21,344 bases of DNA from Bdellovibrionia bacterium (GTDB taxonomy: Bacteria > Bdellovibrionota > UBA1018), in contig JBJMMA010000026.1 in assembly GCA_045805065.1 (NCBI GenBank), positions 1 to 21,344 of the forward strand. Direction: 5' to 3'. Numbering within the stretch: the first letter of the stretch is position 1; every line of letters begins with the position of its first letter. The position numbers were made by a program, and so were the translations under genes. A model generated the notes under the pieces. That model worked only from the letters and a program-made list of their open reading frames with translations, did no database searches and was not told where the DNA came from. Shown piece by piece: positions 1 through 7,918 of this stretch.

Positions 1-127
1 AAACCATCTGGAGTCAAAATCTGGCTCAAGCCTTGAAGAAGTCTTTCTCTCAGCCAGGCAGAATTTCTCCAACCGCGGCCTTTTTGTAAACCGAGGCACA
101 AAGGGACCCTGGGACTTTCTAAAGGCC

Positions 128-625
128 ATGAATTACTTCAATGATCTTCCGGAAATCTCATCCAGCGAACAAGAGCGCCTCCGGCAGATCTGGGATCATT
201 TGTTTTTTACAAATCATGTACAAGACTGGACGCAGACTTATTCGCATCTGGCTTGTTCCAAAGAACATGAGATCCCCGCTGAAATCAGAAGATCAGTGGA
301 CCTGACCGTGAAGTCTGCCTTTGGCGATGATTCCTTCGTGTATGACCGCTTCCAGGCTCTTCGTTCCAAGAGATCTCAATGGCTCGATGAGATGGCACAC
401 ATTGACTCTGAGGTTCATGGATCCAACCTCGTTTCCATCGAGGATCTCGAAGCCAGGCAGAACCGCCGTGAGGCCATTGTTCAAGAGCTTGCCAAAACGG
501 AAGACGAGTACCAACAGCTCTTAGGAAAGGTCATGCTGGTTGAGCGAAAGCTTTATACTGAGATGTACCGCGACCTTCAAAAGAGCGGACTCCCCGGCAA
601 TCCTTGCCGAGAATTTAAGTTCTAA
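128..625 (+). CDS. Hypothetical protein, probably alpha-helical/coiled-coil (165 aa)
   Basis: ATG start preceded by AAGG. Charged, helix-like composition in the C-terminal half (LEARQNRREAIVQELAKTEDEYQQLL). The stop lies 3 nt from the convergent mtaB stop. No recognisable motif. Confidence 0.7.
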   Translation: MNYFNDLPEISSSEQERLRQIWDHLFFTNHVQDWTQTYSHLACSKEHEIPAEIRRSVDLTVKSAFGDDSFVYDRFQALRSKRSQWLDEMAHIDSEVHGSNLVSIEDLEARQNRREAIVQELAKTEDEYQQLLGKVMLVERKLYTEMYRDLQKSGLPGNPCREFKF

Positions 626-628
626 CTC

Positions 629-2125
629 TTATTTCACGCGCCCAACAAACGCGACATCGCCATTCTGTGGATCAGTGACAAGCCCAACAGGCACAACCGA
701 GACAAGCTCGTTCCGTGAGTTCTCGACTTCAGGCACAAACACACGCAGATAGTTTGATGTGTATCCAGCCTGCCAGCGCTCAACGCCTTCAAACTTCGCT
801 AAAAGCTCAGAGGACATTCCTTCAGGACCACGTCCCGCGCGCTCAAGAAGAATTCCATCGAGCGAACCGCCGGTTGCACTCAAAGTCTCAAGCACTTTCT
901 CGTGATGCGTGCGCATGCGAGCAAGGCTCAGCTCATTGAGTTTTCTTGCGCGCTTCACTCTTTCATCCTGACGAACCGATCCCGGAAGACGCGTCGCAGG
1001 CGTTCCTTCGCGCTCGCTGTAGGGGAAAACATGAAGTCTTGTCCAAGGAAGAGCGCTTAAGGCCTCATAACCCCATTCAAATTCAGATTCACTCTCACCT
1101 GGAAATCCCGTGATCACGTCCATCCCAACAAACACGCCGCCCACAGGCGCGCGAAGGGCGGCAATTTTCTTCAGGCATGACTCCACTTGTTCAAAGCCAT
1201 AGCGGCGCTTCATCAGACGCAGCACGCGTGAGTGCGGGCTCTGAAGCGAGACATGGAAATGCGGACAAAAGCGCGGCTCGCGCGCCATGAGATCCAGGAT
1301 CTGATCCGTGATTTCTGTCGGATCCAAAGAGCTTACGCGCAGACGCTCAAGAGAAGTCTCCTGGAGAATCATCTGAAAGAGCTCGCCATGTTGCGCGGTC
1401 TCGGCCCAGTCGGATCCGTAATCACCGATATTGGTTCCTGTGATCACAATCTCGCGGATGCCTTCCGAGATGAGCTTACGAACCTGCTCAATGACTTCAC
1501 GCGGACGCAAAGAACGCGCAGGACCCCGTCCGTAAGGGATGATGCAATAGGTGCAAAACGAGTTGCAGCCTTCTTGAATCTTTAAGAAAGCGCGAGTCTT
1601 GCCCGAGTGACCATCCAGATGCGTCGGCGGCACATGGAAGGCTTCGCCCCCTGCAGGCCATTCGCGATCCATAGGATGCTTGGAGAGAATCTCCTCATAG
1701 CCTTGAGCCGCACCCAGAACCTCGCCCTTGCTTGGGGGGTCTTGCGATGCCGTTTGAGCAATCTTATCGAGGATGATTTCAACAAGCTTTGGCTTATCGC
1801 GATTTCCAATGACGTAATGAATTCCCTTGGATGCCGTCAGACGCTCAGGATCCACTTCAGCAGCGCATCCAGTGACCACCACGCGCGCATTGGGATTATC
1901 GCGTGCAAGCTTTGCTGCCATCTTGCGGCTCTGGCGGTCTGCCTCATCCGTCACGGTGCAGCTATTGACGACGCAAAGAACTGAAGAGTCCTGAGAAGCA
2001 GGGGACGCAAGTGCGCCTGCAGGCAGAGGTTTCCAACCCCTCTTTTGCAACTCAGCTTCAATGAGCTGGCTGTCATAGAAGTTCGCTTTGCAGCCTAAGG
2101 TTTTCAGGACGTAGTATGAATCCAT
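629..2125 (-). CDS. mtaB: tRNA ms2t6A37 methylthiotransferase MtaB (radical SAM, MiaB-like family)
   Basis: UPF0004 N-terminal Cys motifs TLGCKAN, VNSCTVT and TGCAA. Radical SAM motif KIQEGCNSFCTYCIIPYGRG. Also DVITGFPGE, HVFPYSEREGTPA and GYTSNYLRV, all typical of MtaB. Confidence 0.9.
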   Translation of the reverse strand: MDSYYVLKTLGCKANFYDSQLIEAELQKRGWKPLPAGALASPASQDSSVLCVVNSCTVTDEADRQSRKMAAKLARDNPNARVVVTGCAAEVDPERLTASKGIHYVIGNRDKPKLVEIILDKIAQTASQDPPSKGEVLGAAQGYEEILSKHPMDREWPAGGEAFHVPPTHLDGHSGKTRAFLKIQEGCNSFCTYCIIPYGRGPARSLRPREVIEQVRKLISEGIREIVITGTNIGDYGSDWAETAQHGELFQMILQETSLERLRVSSLDPTEITDQILDLMAREPRFCPHFHVSLQSPHSRVLRLMKRRYGFEQVESCLKKIAALRAPVGGVFVGMDVITGFPGESESEFEWGYEALSALPWTRLHVFPYSEREGTPATRLPGSVRQDERVKRARKLNELSLARMRTHHEKVLETLSATGGSLDGILLERAGRGPEGMSSELLAKFEGVERWQAGYTSNYLRVFVPEVENSRNELVSVVPVGLVTDPQNGDVAFVGRVK

Positions 2126-3240
2126 CCCCCCCCCAATACCTCGTTCTCCTGGTAAAAGACAATCGCTTGTCCGGGAAAAAGGGGGCCCTGGCGCTCATCA
2201 AATTCAACATGCGCCGTCTGGTTTTCAAAAAAGGTCAATCGGCAGGCTACCGGAGCTTTTTCAGGCAAAATGCGCCCGAAACAGCGCAAGCCCTTGAGCT
2301 GATGAAGCGCTTTAAGCCAATGAGTTCCAAATATTACACATTCTTTCTTAAGAAGCTGCTCAGGGGTCCCCAGCATCATCCCATGATTAGGAAGATCAAG
2401 TCCCACAACTATAAGCCCTTCTGTACTTACCGCCGTAACCTCAGGCTCCACACGCGCTCCCAGCTGGTAGCGGTGGAGTCCGCGATGCTCACCGATCACT
2501 TGATCATTGCCCGTCTTCATCACGCCCTGAGGCCTGAGTGCAGGAGCAAGGCGGCTCTCCACATAAGGAGCAGTGGCTGAAATATTCGAAAAGCAGATGG
2601 CCTGGGAGTTTGAGAGCACGTCCGAAAAGCCGTACTCGGCTCCAAGCTTACTGACCATGTTTCGTGGGAAATTTCCCAATGGAAGCAGGAGCTTTGAAAG
2701 ATTTTCTTGAGACAGAGTGAAGAGAAACGGGCTTTGATCGCGACTCGAATCACCGGCCTGAAGAAGCTGATAACTTCCCGTTCTTGGATCATGAAAGACT
2801 TGAGCCCCATGCCCTGTTGCTACTTTATCGCAACGAAGCTCAGCAGCTTTCGCAAACAGACTTCCAAGCTTCACTTCGCGATTGCAGGGCACGCAAGGAT
2901 TGGGCGAGTGCCCCAGGGAGCGCTCATGAACCAAGTAATCCAGAACTTTCGCCTGATAGAGCGCTGAGATGTCCGCAACGTGAAACTCAATTCCCAGCGA
3001 TGCCGCGGCTTTTTCAGCATGAGATTTCGCGTTTCCACTGGAGCAATGATTCTCAGTTGCGGAAAGCGCTCCTGGAACCTGAGTCTCAAGATACATTCCC
3101 ACAACGTCATGGCCTTGGGTTTTCAAAAGGGCCGCGGTCACGGCACTATGAATCCCACCGCTGAGTCCCACTAAAACGCGCATCCGCTCGTTTTGCGATT
3201 CATGCTTTTGAGGAGAATAAGATCTGGGTCCTTGGGTCAT
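2104..3240 (-). CDS. mnmA: MnmA/TrmU-family tRNA 2-thiouridylase homolog with divergent motifs
   Basis: RVLVGLSGGIHSAV PP-loop, PNPCVPCNREVK, VATGH, DQSPFL, SQAICF and the C-terminal PGQAIVFY..LGGGWI. Lies downstream of iscS. Several invariant residues are substituted (see findings). Confidence 0.8.
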   Translation of the reverse strand: MTQGPRSYSPQKHESQNERMRVLVGLSGGIHSAVTAALLKTQGHDVVGMYLETQVPGALSATENHCSSGNAKSHAEKAAASLGIEFHVADISALYQAKVLDYLVHERSLGHSPNPCVPCNREVKLGSLFAKAAELRCDKVATGHGAQVFHDPRTGSYQLLQAGDSSRDQSPFLFTLSQENLSKLLLPLGNFPRNMVSKLGAEYGFSDVLSNSQAICFSNISATAPYVESRLAPALRPQGVMKTGNDQVIGEHRGLHRYQLGARVEPEVTAVSTEGLIVVGLDLPNHGMMLGTPEQLLKKECVIFGTHWLKALHQLKGLRCFGRILPEKAPVACRLTFFENQTAHVEFDERQGPLFPGQAIVFYQENEVLGGGWIHTTS

Positions 3241-3249
3241 GACTCTCTT

Positions 3250-4425
3250 TTAATTGGATTTTCTAAGTCTCTGCACACTGGCAGAGAGCGCTTCGATAAA
3301 TCGATTCTGGGTCTCTTCAGATATTTCATCACAAAGCGAGACACGAATCGAGGCCGAAGCGGACCCCTTGGAATGCCCCATCGCCATGAGCACATGGGAA
3401 GGTTCATCGACGCCACTGGAGCATGCAGACCCGGAGCTTACGGCAAAGCCAGCCAGGTCCAGAGCAGGCACGAGTCCTGAGCGGTTAATCCCTTCAAAGC
3501 TCAAGCTCAATGTATTGGCAACTCTCGGAGCTCCAGCGCCGTTGACTTTGACTTCAGAGATTCTACCGAGAATCTCTTTTTCAAGCCTTTCACGAACGGG
3601 TCTTACGCGCGAGTCCCATGGAGCGGGCTTGAGTCGCATCGATGCCTCACCCAGCGAAATAATTCCCGCAAGATTCTCCGTTCCGCCACGTCGCAGGCTT
3701 TCTTGGGTACCTAAAATAACGGGAGAGAGCGCTCCATCAAAATGGAGTGGCGCTTTTGCCTTCCAAAGAACGCCCGTACCTGAGAGCGCGCCGATCTTAT
3801 GGCCCGAAAAACTGACGAACGCGGCGCCAAGCTTTGGAAGATCCAGTTCAAGCTTTCCCCAAGCCTGTGCACCATCCAGATGCAGCGGGATCTTTGCTTG
3901 AGCGGCTTTTTCAGAAAGCTTTTCAACATTACTGATCACGCCCGTCTCGTTGTTCACCCAGATTGCGCTGACAAGTCGCGTAGCTGGAGTAACAAGCTCA
4001 GACAATGCTTGAGCATCCGGTGCGCCGTTTGAGTCAATCGGAAGAAAACTCACGCTCCCCCCACGCTCTTTGGTCCAATCGATCATGCGCAAAGTGGCGT
4101 CATGCTCAACCGGGGTCGTGATCCAATGGGGCTTCTCTCCGCGATGAAACGCGGGCTCAAGAACGGAACGAATCGCAAGCTGCGAGGCCTCGGTTCCGGA
4201 CGATGTGAATGTGATTTGATCGGATGAAGAAGATACTCCGAACGAGCGCGCGACGTTCTCGCGCGCGTCGTTCAGAAGCTTTTTTGCCTCTCGGCCAAAA
4301 GCGTGAATACTGGATGGGTTTGGGAGCAATTCGCTCGAAAGCGCTCGCAAGAGCGCCTCCCGGACCTCAGGCCCTAGAGGCGCTCCCGCGTTCGCATCAA
4401 GATAGGTCGCGAACCTTGGTGACAT
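3250..4425 (-). CDS. iscS: Cysteine desulfurase (IscS/NifS, class V PLP enzyme)
   Basis: YLDANA, NPSSIH, VEH, VNNETG, DGAQ, PLP-lysine motif SGHKIG, RGGTEN and the catalytic loop SSGSACSSG. Confidence 0.93.
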   Translation of the reverse strand: MSPRFATYLDANAGAPLGPEVREALLRALSSELLPNPSSIHAFGREAKKLLNDARENVARSFGVSSSSDQITFTSSGTEASQLAIRSVLEPAFHRGEKPHWITTPVEHDATLRMIDWTKERGGSVSFLPIDSNGAPDAQALSELVTPATRLVSAIWVNNETGVISNVEKLSEKAAQAKIPLHLDGAQAWGKLELDLPKLGAAFVSFSGHKIGALSGTGVLWKAKAPLHFDGALSPVILGTQESLRRGGTENLAGIISLGEASMRLKPAPWDSRVRPVRERLEKEILGRISEVKVNGAGAPRVANTLSLSFEGINRSGLVPALDLAGFAVSSGSACSSGVDEPSHVLMAMGHSKGSASASIRVSLCDEISEETQNRFIEALSASVQRLRKSN

Positions 4426-4912
4426 TCGCTTGGGATGCAGGGATCTGGAAGCCGCTCATATCGAGCGCAGCGCCAGCGGCCTTCGGAAGTTCCTGAGTGC
4501 CGCGAGCCTTGCGGATGAGATCTCCCACGGAAGTCGTGGTGAGATACTCTTGCATGATGAGGCCCAGATTTTCGAAATAGGTCTTGGTCAGAACAAACTC
4601 AACGGTGTCGCTCTTCACATCGCCAGTTCCGATCAGATCGCGAGCTGGGTTGATGTTTTCGCCGACGCTGGTGAGGACATCCTTTACGGAGATCTCATCC
4701 ATCGAACGGGACAGAACATAGCCGCCGCCTGGTCCGCGGACGCTCTTCACGACTGCGCCCTTGCGCAAGCGACGGAAGAGTTGCTCCAAGTAATGCAGAG
4801 AAATCTTTTGACGCTCTGAAATTTCCTGAAGTCGAACAGGGCGACCGTTCGAATTGAAAGTCAGATCCAAAATTGCACGAACGGCGTACCGTCCTTTAGA
4901 AGTTAAACGCAT
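4397..4912 (-). CDS. Rrf2-family transcriptional regulator, IscR-like but with no cysteine
   Basis: MRLTSKGRYAV...ISERQKISLHYLEQLFRRLRK...VKSVRGPGGGY is the IscR/Rrf2 winged helix. First gene of the iscS operon, with a purine-rich SD (AAGGGAGA). No Cys in 171 aa. Confidence 0.9.
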   Translation of the reverse strand: MRLTSKGRYAVRAILDLTFNSNGRPVRLQEISERQKISLHYLEQLFRRLRKGAVVKSVRGPGGGYVLSRSMDEISVKDVLTSVGENINPARDLIGTGDVKSDTVEFVLTKTYFENLGLIMQEYLTTTSVGDLIRKARGTQELPKAAGAALDMSGFQIPASQANVTKVRDLS

Positions 4913-4947
4913 AGTTTCTCCCTTTCCCTCTCACAAATCCTAGATAG

Positions 4948-4976
4948 GGCGTATCATGCCGGATTGGGGGTGTCAA
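4948..4976 (-). promoter_or_regulatory. Putative sigma70 promoter of the Rrf2-iscS-mnmA-mtaB operon
   Basis: Perfect TTGACA on the minus strand (4976-4971), a 17-nt spacer ending in TGA, then a weak -10 (TACGCC). Confidence 0.35.
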
Positions 4977-4990
4977 CTAATTGGACACCC
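4968..4990. promoter_or_regulatory. Inverted repeat, candidate operator
   Basis: GGGTGTC-N9-GACACCC overlaps the TTGACA -35 element in the divergent intergenic region. Confidence 0.45.
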
Positions 4991-4991
4991 T

Positions 4992-5016
4992 TTATTTAAC
5001 TTTTTTAGTAGGTCTT
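4992..5016. promoter_or_regulatory. Candidate IscR/Rrf2-type binding box
   Basis: The minus strand reads AAGACCTACTAAAAAAGTTAAATAA. This 25-mer has an ACT-N5-AGT core resembling the IscR type-1 site geometry and lies upstream of the Rrf2 gene. Confidence 0.4.
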
Positions 5017-5078
5017 TGTTAAGCCGCTGAAGCTCTATAGGTAAAGCGCCGAGAAGAATATTGAACGAGGAATAACCT

Positions 5079-5807
5079 ATGGTGACCCCGCCTTCTGGAA
5101 ACAGAAATGATCAACCAAATTCTCCTTTTACCCTCGATAACTTAGGGGGTGATCCGGTTGAAATGCCAAGCGTTACAAAGCTTCTCAACCGCAAGAAACT
5201 GGGGTTGGTTTCCAGTCCTGAAACTAAAACGATTTCAAGACCCCGCTCCGTTTCTACAGCTAGAGCAATCCCAGGACAGCCTCAGATTCAGAAAGTGCAG
5301 CCTCGTAAAGCACGCGCTAAGACCCCTAAAATCGCCTATTGGACACAAGAATCCTTGGCTGCGGCGGATGATACCTTCCAAAAGGCAGTTCACTACCTGA
5401 CTCAAAAAGGTGCGCGCCAGGCGCTTCTTCTTACTCCTCATGATCCCGTCTCTCACAAGCAAAGCAATGCTCGTTTTGATGCGCTTTGTGCGTACATGAC
5501 GGAAGACAAGGAAGAGCTTTGGAGTGGTCTCTCTCTTTCTCCATCTTTGATTCCAGATATCTGGGAAAAACTTTTCACTCAAGGCATCTACGAAATCGTT
5601 CCCAATCTTTCGCAAAAGCATGAGGACGAATCAGCCGCATTTTTGATGCGAGCGTTTGGCCTGAAGGCTACCGAGTTTTTCGTGATTATCCGCTGTGGAT
5701 CGCCCAACGCTTGCACTGGGCTTCTGGCTTTGGTGTCGCCTTTCAGTCTGACCAGGGAAATTGCAGCTGCTTTCAGCGCTCCGAAGAGCGTCGGTCGGGC
5801 CGCGTGA
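5079..5807 (+). CDS. Hypothetical protein (disordered N-terminus, globular C-terminal domain)
   Basis: SD GAGGA about 6 nt before the ATG. 242-aa ORF filling the gap between the Rrf2 gene and tsaE, with a Pro/Ser/Lys-rich N-terminus. Confidence 0.7.
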   Translation: MVTPPSGNRNDQPNSPFTLDNLGGDPVEMPSVTKLLNRKKLGLVSSPETKTISRPRSVSTARAIPGQPQIQKVQPRKARAKTPKIAYWTQESLAAADDTFQKAVHYLTQKGARQALLLTPHDPVSHKQSNARFDALCAYMTEDKEELWSGLSLSPSLIPDIWEKLFTQGIYEIVPNLSQKHEDESAAFLMRAFGLKATEFFVIIRCGSPNACTGLLALVSPFSLTREIAAAFSAPKSVGRAA

Positions 5808-6357
5808 TTTTGATATCCCGAAGGTCTGAGCTCTCGTCTGAAATCGTAAGCTCCACTTTCCAATTCTGACCGGATTTGAGCACCTGCCGCTCAAACTCAG
5901 GCCACATCGAAGTCCATTCGCTCAAGACGATCTTTTGCGAGTCCCAGTAATAGTCGGGAATCCCGCGCTCATCGATCTCCTCTTCGGATCGAATCCGGTA
6001 AAGATCCACATGCACGACACCTCGAATGCTCCGAGCGTTTGCGGACAATGCATACTCATGCGCAATGGCAAACGTGGGACTTCCCTCGGGGGGCTGCTCC
6101 ACGCCTAAGGCTAATAGCAGGTGCCGGGAGAAGGTTGTCTTCCCCGCCCCCATCTGCCCCTCCAAGAGCACGCGATCGCCCACTGAGAGCTCCTGGGCCA
6201 AGCTCTTGGCAAGCCCAGGCAGGTCCTGTTCAGAGCAGCCGCGCTCTTCCTTCCATACTAAGGACGGTTTGAGGTTGCGGGACGTTGGTGACGCCTGTGA
6301 CGCCCGAGGCGACTGCGGTTGGGCTTTGCGGGTGGGCTTTGATTTCTTTGAAGGCAT
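5773..6357 (-). CDS. tsaE: tRNA threonylcarbamoyladenosine biosynthesis ATPase TsaE (YjeE); start uncertain
   Basis: Walker A LEGQMGAGKTTF, SPTFAIAHEY, HVDLYR and EW motifs. Follows nnr/yjeF, as is typical. Confidence 0.9.
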   Translation of the reverse strand: MPSKKSKPTRKAQPQSPRASQASPTSRNLKPSLVWKEERGCSEQDLPGLAKSLAQELSVGDRVLLEGQMGAGKTTFSRHLLLALGVEQPPEGSPTFAIAHEYALSANARSIRGVVHVDLYRIRSEEEIDERGIPDYYWDSQKIVLSEWTSMWPEFERQVLKSGQNWKVELTISDESSDLRDIKITRPDRRSSER

Positions 6358-7897
6358 TGCTGATGTTCTCGATAATATCGGCCGCAGTCATGCTGCGATG
6401 ACCAAACTGTTGAGCTGCAAAATCTCCAGCGACGCTGTGAAGATAAATTCCAAGAAGTGTCGCCTGGAAGGCATCCATTTTCTGACCTAAGAGGCCCCCG
6501 ATCATACCTGAGAGCACGTCGCCGCTTCCAGCAGTTGCCATTCCATCGTTTGGATAATGGTTGAGGTACAAGACATCATCCGGCGAAGTGACAAGCGTTG
6601 CAGCGCCCTTGAGAAGCACGATCGCATGAGTCATGGAGACCGCATCGCGCACGGCTTTCACGGGATCAGAGACTACGACTTCGTTTGAAACGCCCAGGAG
6701 CCTTGCCATCTCGCCTGGATGAGGCGTGAGAACCGTTGGGGCGCGCCGTGCGGCCAGCATTTCGTGAAGCTTATGCGTGGAAATGATATTGAGCGCGTCG
6801 GCATCAATGACCATAGGGCCTTGGTAAATGCTCAAGATCTCTTCGATGACTTGCTGACCTTCAGGGCGCGTTCCAAGACCTGGGCCCACAACGATGCTCG
6901 AATAGGTGTTGAGATTCTTCTTATAGAACTCGTAATCAGGCCCCGAGGTCTTCAGAGGCACAGCCATGGTCTCGCTTGGAAGCTTGATCATGAGCGGCTC
7001 AAAGCCATCTTCCCAGCTTGCGACCGTGACGAGGCCTGTGCCGATCTTATGGCACGCGCGCGCAGCCATGGTGATTGCGCCAATGCGTCCTGGCGTTCCG
7101 CCGACAAGAAGGGTGTGTCCAAAGGAATTCTTGTGGCCGTAAAGATCGCGCTCCGTGAGAAGTCTTCCCATCGGGCCCTTGCGGAGAAGATATTTATCGC
7201 CTTCGTGTTTAAATTTTGGAGGCAGCGAAATATCGACGTTAAAGAGCTCCCCGCGGCGCGCAGCCCCTGGAGGCAGAAAATGACCCAGTTTTGGAAAACC
7301 AAACGAGATCGTCAGATGCGCATGAATGGATGCTCCCACGACGGCGCCTGTATCGCCATTCACGCCGCTTGGAATATCAAGCGCGATGACTTCCTGCGCG
7401 CCCGAGCCATTGATCATTTCAACGACGTCGTAATAAATGCCTTCCAAGCCCCCGCGAAGTCCGGTTCCGATGATTCCATCGACAACCGTGAAGGGGCCGG
7501 GTGAGCTTTGAAAAAAGGATTGAAGATCGGCTGGATTTTCAATGAGGTTCAGGCGCGCTTTCATCGCCTTTAAAATCTGAAAATTCTTCAGTGATGCGCC
7601 TTTATAGCCTGATTCTTCCTGAAGATGGAAAATACGAACCTTGCGATCCAGGCAGAGAAGGCGGCGCGCGACAACGAACGCATCGCCTGCGTTATTACCT
7701 TTACCGGCAAACACCAGGATCTCCGTCGTGCGCCCGGCATGAGGATATTTCTCGGCAATGATTTGAGCGGCAGCGCGTCCTGCGTTCTCCATCAAAACCG
7801 CAGCATCCAGCAGGTACTCCTGCTCAGCCACGCGATCAAGCTCGCGCATCTCACTACTGGTGCAAATCCGCATGGTGTCCCGTGTTTTTTCTTTCAT
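6230..7897 (-). CDS. nnr: Bifunctional NAD(P)HX epimerase/dehydratase Nnr (YjeF)
   Basis: YjeF_N motifs LMENAG, GKGNNAGDA, DGIIGTG and DIPSG. Dehydratase motifs HKNSFG, GPGLG, IDADAL, TPHPGE, LKGA and ATAGSGDVLSG. Confidence 0.95.
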   Translation of the reverse strand: MKEKTRDTMRICTSSEMRELDRVAEQEYLLDAAVLMENAGRAAAQIIAEKYPHAGRTTEILVFAGKGNNAGDAFVVARRLLCLDRKVRIFHLQEESGYKGASLKNFQILKAMKARLNLIENPADLQSFFQSSPGPFTVVDGIIGTGLRGGLEGIYYDVVEMINGSGAQEVIALDIPSGVNGDTGAVVGASIHAHLTISFGFPKLGHFLPPGAARRGELFNVDISLPPKFKHEGDKYLLRKGPMGRLLTERDLYGHKNSFGHTLLVGGTPGRIGAITMAARACHKIGTGLVTVASWEDGFEPLMIKLPSETMAVPLKTSGPDYEFYKKNLNTYSSIVVGPGLGTRPEGQQVIEEILSIYQGPMVIDADALNIISTHKLHEMLAARRAPTVLTPHPGEMARLLGVSNEVVVSDPVKAVRDAVSMTHAIVLLKGAATLVTSPDDVLYLNHYPNDGMATAGSGDVLSGMIGGLLGQKMDAFQATLLGIYLHSVAGDFAAQQFGHRSMTAADIIENISNAFKEIKAHPQSPTAVASGVTGVTNVPQPQTVLSMEGRARLL

Positions 7898-7918
7898 TGG
7901 ATCGATCCTTTTATCTTT

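Noticed and set aside
3254..3901. 215-aa plus-strand ORF opposite iscS
   Set aside because: Ser/Pro/Ala-rich translation typical of an antisense frame.
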